Positions 43,115-43,169 of a stretch of 43,169 nucleotides of DNA are shown piece by piece. Source of the stretch: Ralstonia phage Claudette; sequence record MT740731.2, one strand, 5' to 3'. The first letter of the stretch is position 1; each line of letters starts with the position of its first letter. The notes below the pieces were generated by a model, which ran no database searches, was not told the origin of the DNA, and was given only the letters and a program-made list of their open reading frames with translations. The position numbers and the translations under genes are program-made.

Positions 43115-43169
43115 ACGACGATATCGATTTCGCACGCGTGCTCGACGCGTTGGCGTCGCGTGGTTTCGT
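43115..43169 (+). repeat. 55-nt terminal duplicate of 28454-28508 (inverted)
   Basis: Exact match ACGACGATATCGATTTCGCACGCGTGCTCGACGCGTTGGCGTCGCGTGGTTTCGT. Confidence 0.9.

Noticed and set aside
1-43169. CRISPR arrays
   Set aside because: No regularly spaced 20-40 nt direct repeats with unique spacers seen; the only tandem tract is the 18-nt coding repeat at 28219.
43115-43169. Terminal repeat proving a complete phage genome
   Set aside because: The duplicate is inverted, internal at 28454-28508 and exactly 55 nt, fitting assembly overlap better than terminal redundancy.

Overview
The window reads as a tailed-phage or prophage genome segment (high GC, probably podovirus-like with an N4-gp56-type capsid). 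Left of ~24 kb, - strand blocks encode structural and packaging genes. An early/replication/regulatory block follows on the - strand (25-35.5 kb), then a + strand recombination block (YqaJ-type exonuclease, RecT, 36.2-40.6 kb), then a - strand lysis cassette (endolysin, holin-like, Rz with embedded Rz1). The most striking feature is a complete IscB RNA-guided nuclease locus at 33150-34879 (-). It has intact PLMP, RuvC and HNH motifs, a TTG start with a good RBS, and a ~314 nt highly structured upstream RNA (HEARO/omegaRNA-like). Matching CTGAAGGCC end hairpins are present, and the inferred guide overlaps the stop codon of ssb. The window also carries a ~262-aa intein in the large terminase ATPase region, several HNH and GIY-YIG genes, and a recurring GGTACGAAAATC-type motif in intergenic gaps. 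Two - strand promoters (capsid and lysis) share an identical 20-mer. Further items are a PrtN/integrase-tail chimeric ORF, a + strand moron-like island with a structured non-coding region, and a tRNA-Ser-like gene. The last 55 nt are an exact inverted copy of 28454-28508, which looks like an assembly-graph overlap. All calls come from reading the sequence and supplied ORFs; no database search was run. Hand-derived coordinates may be off by 1-2 nt.
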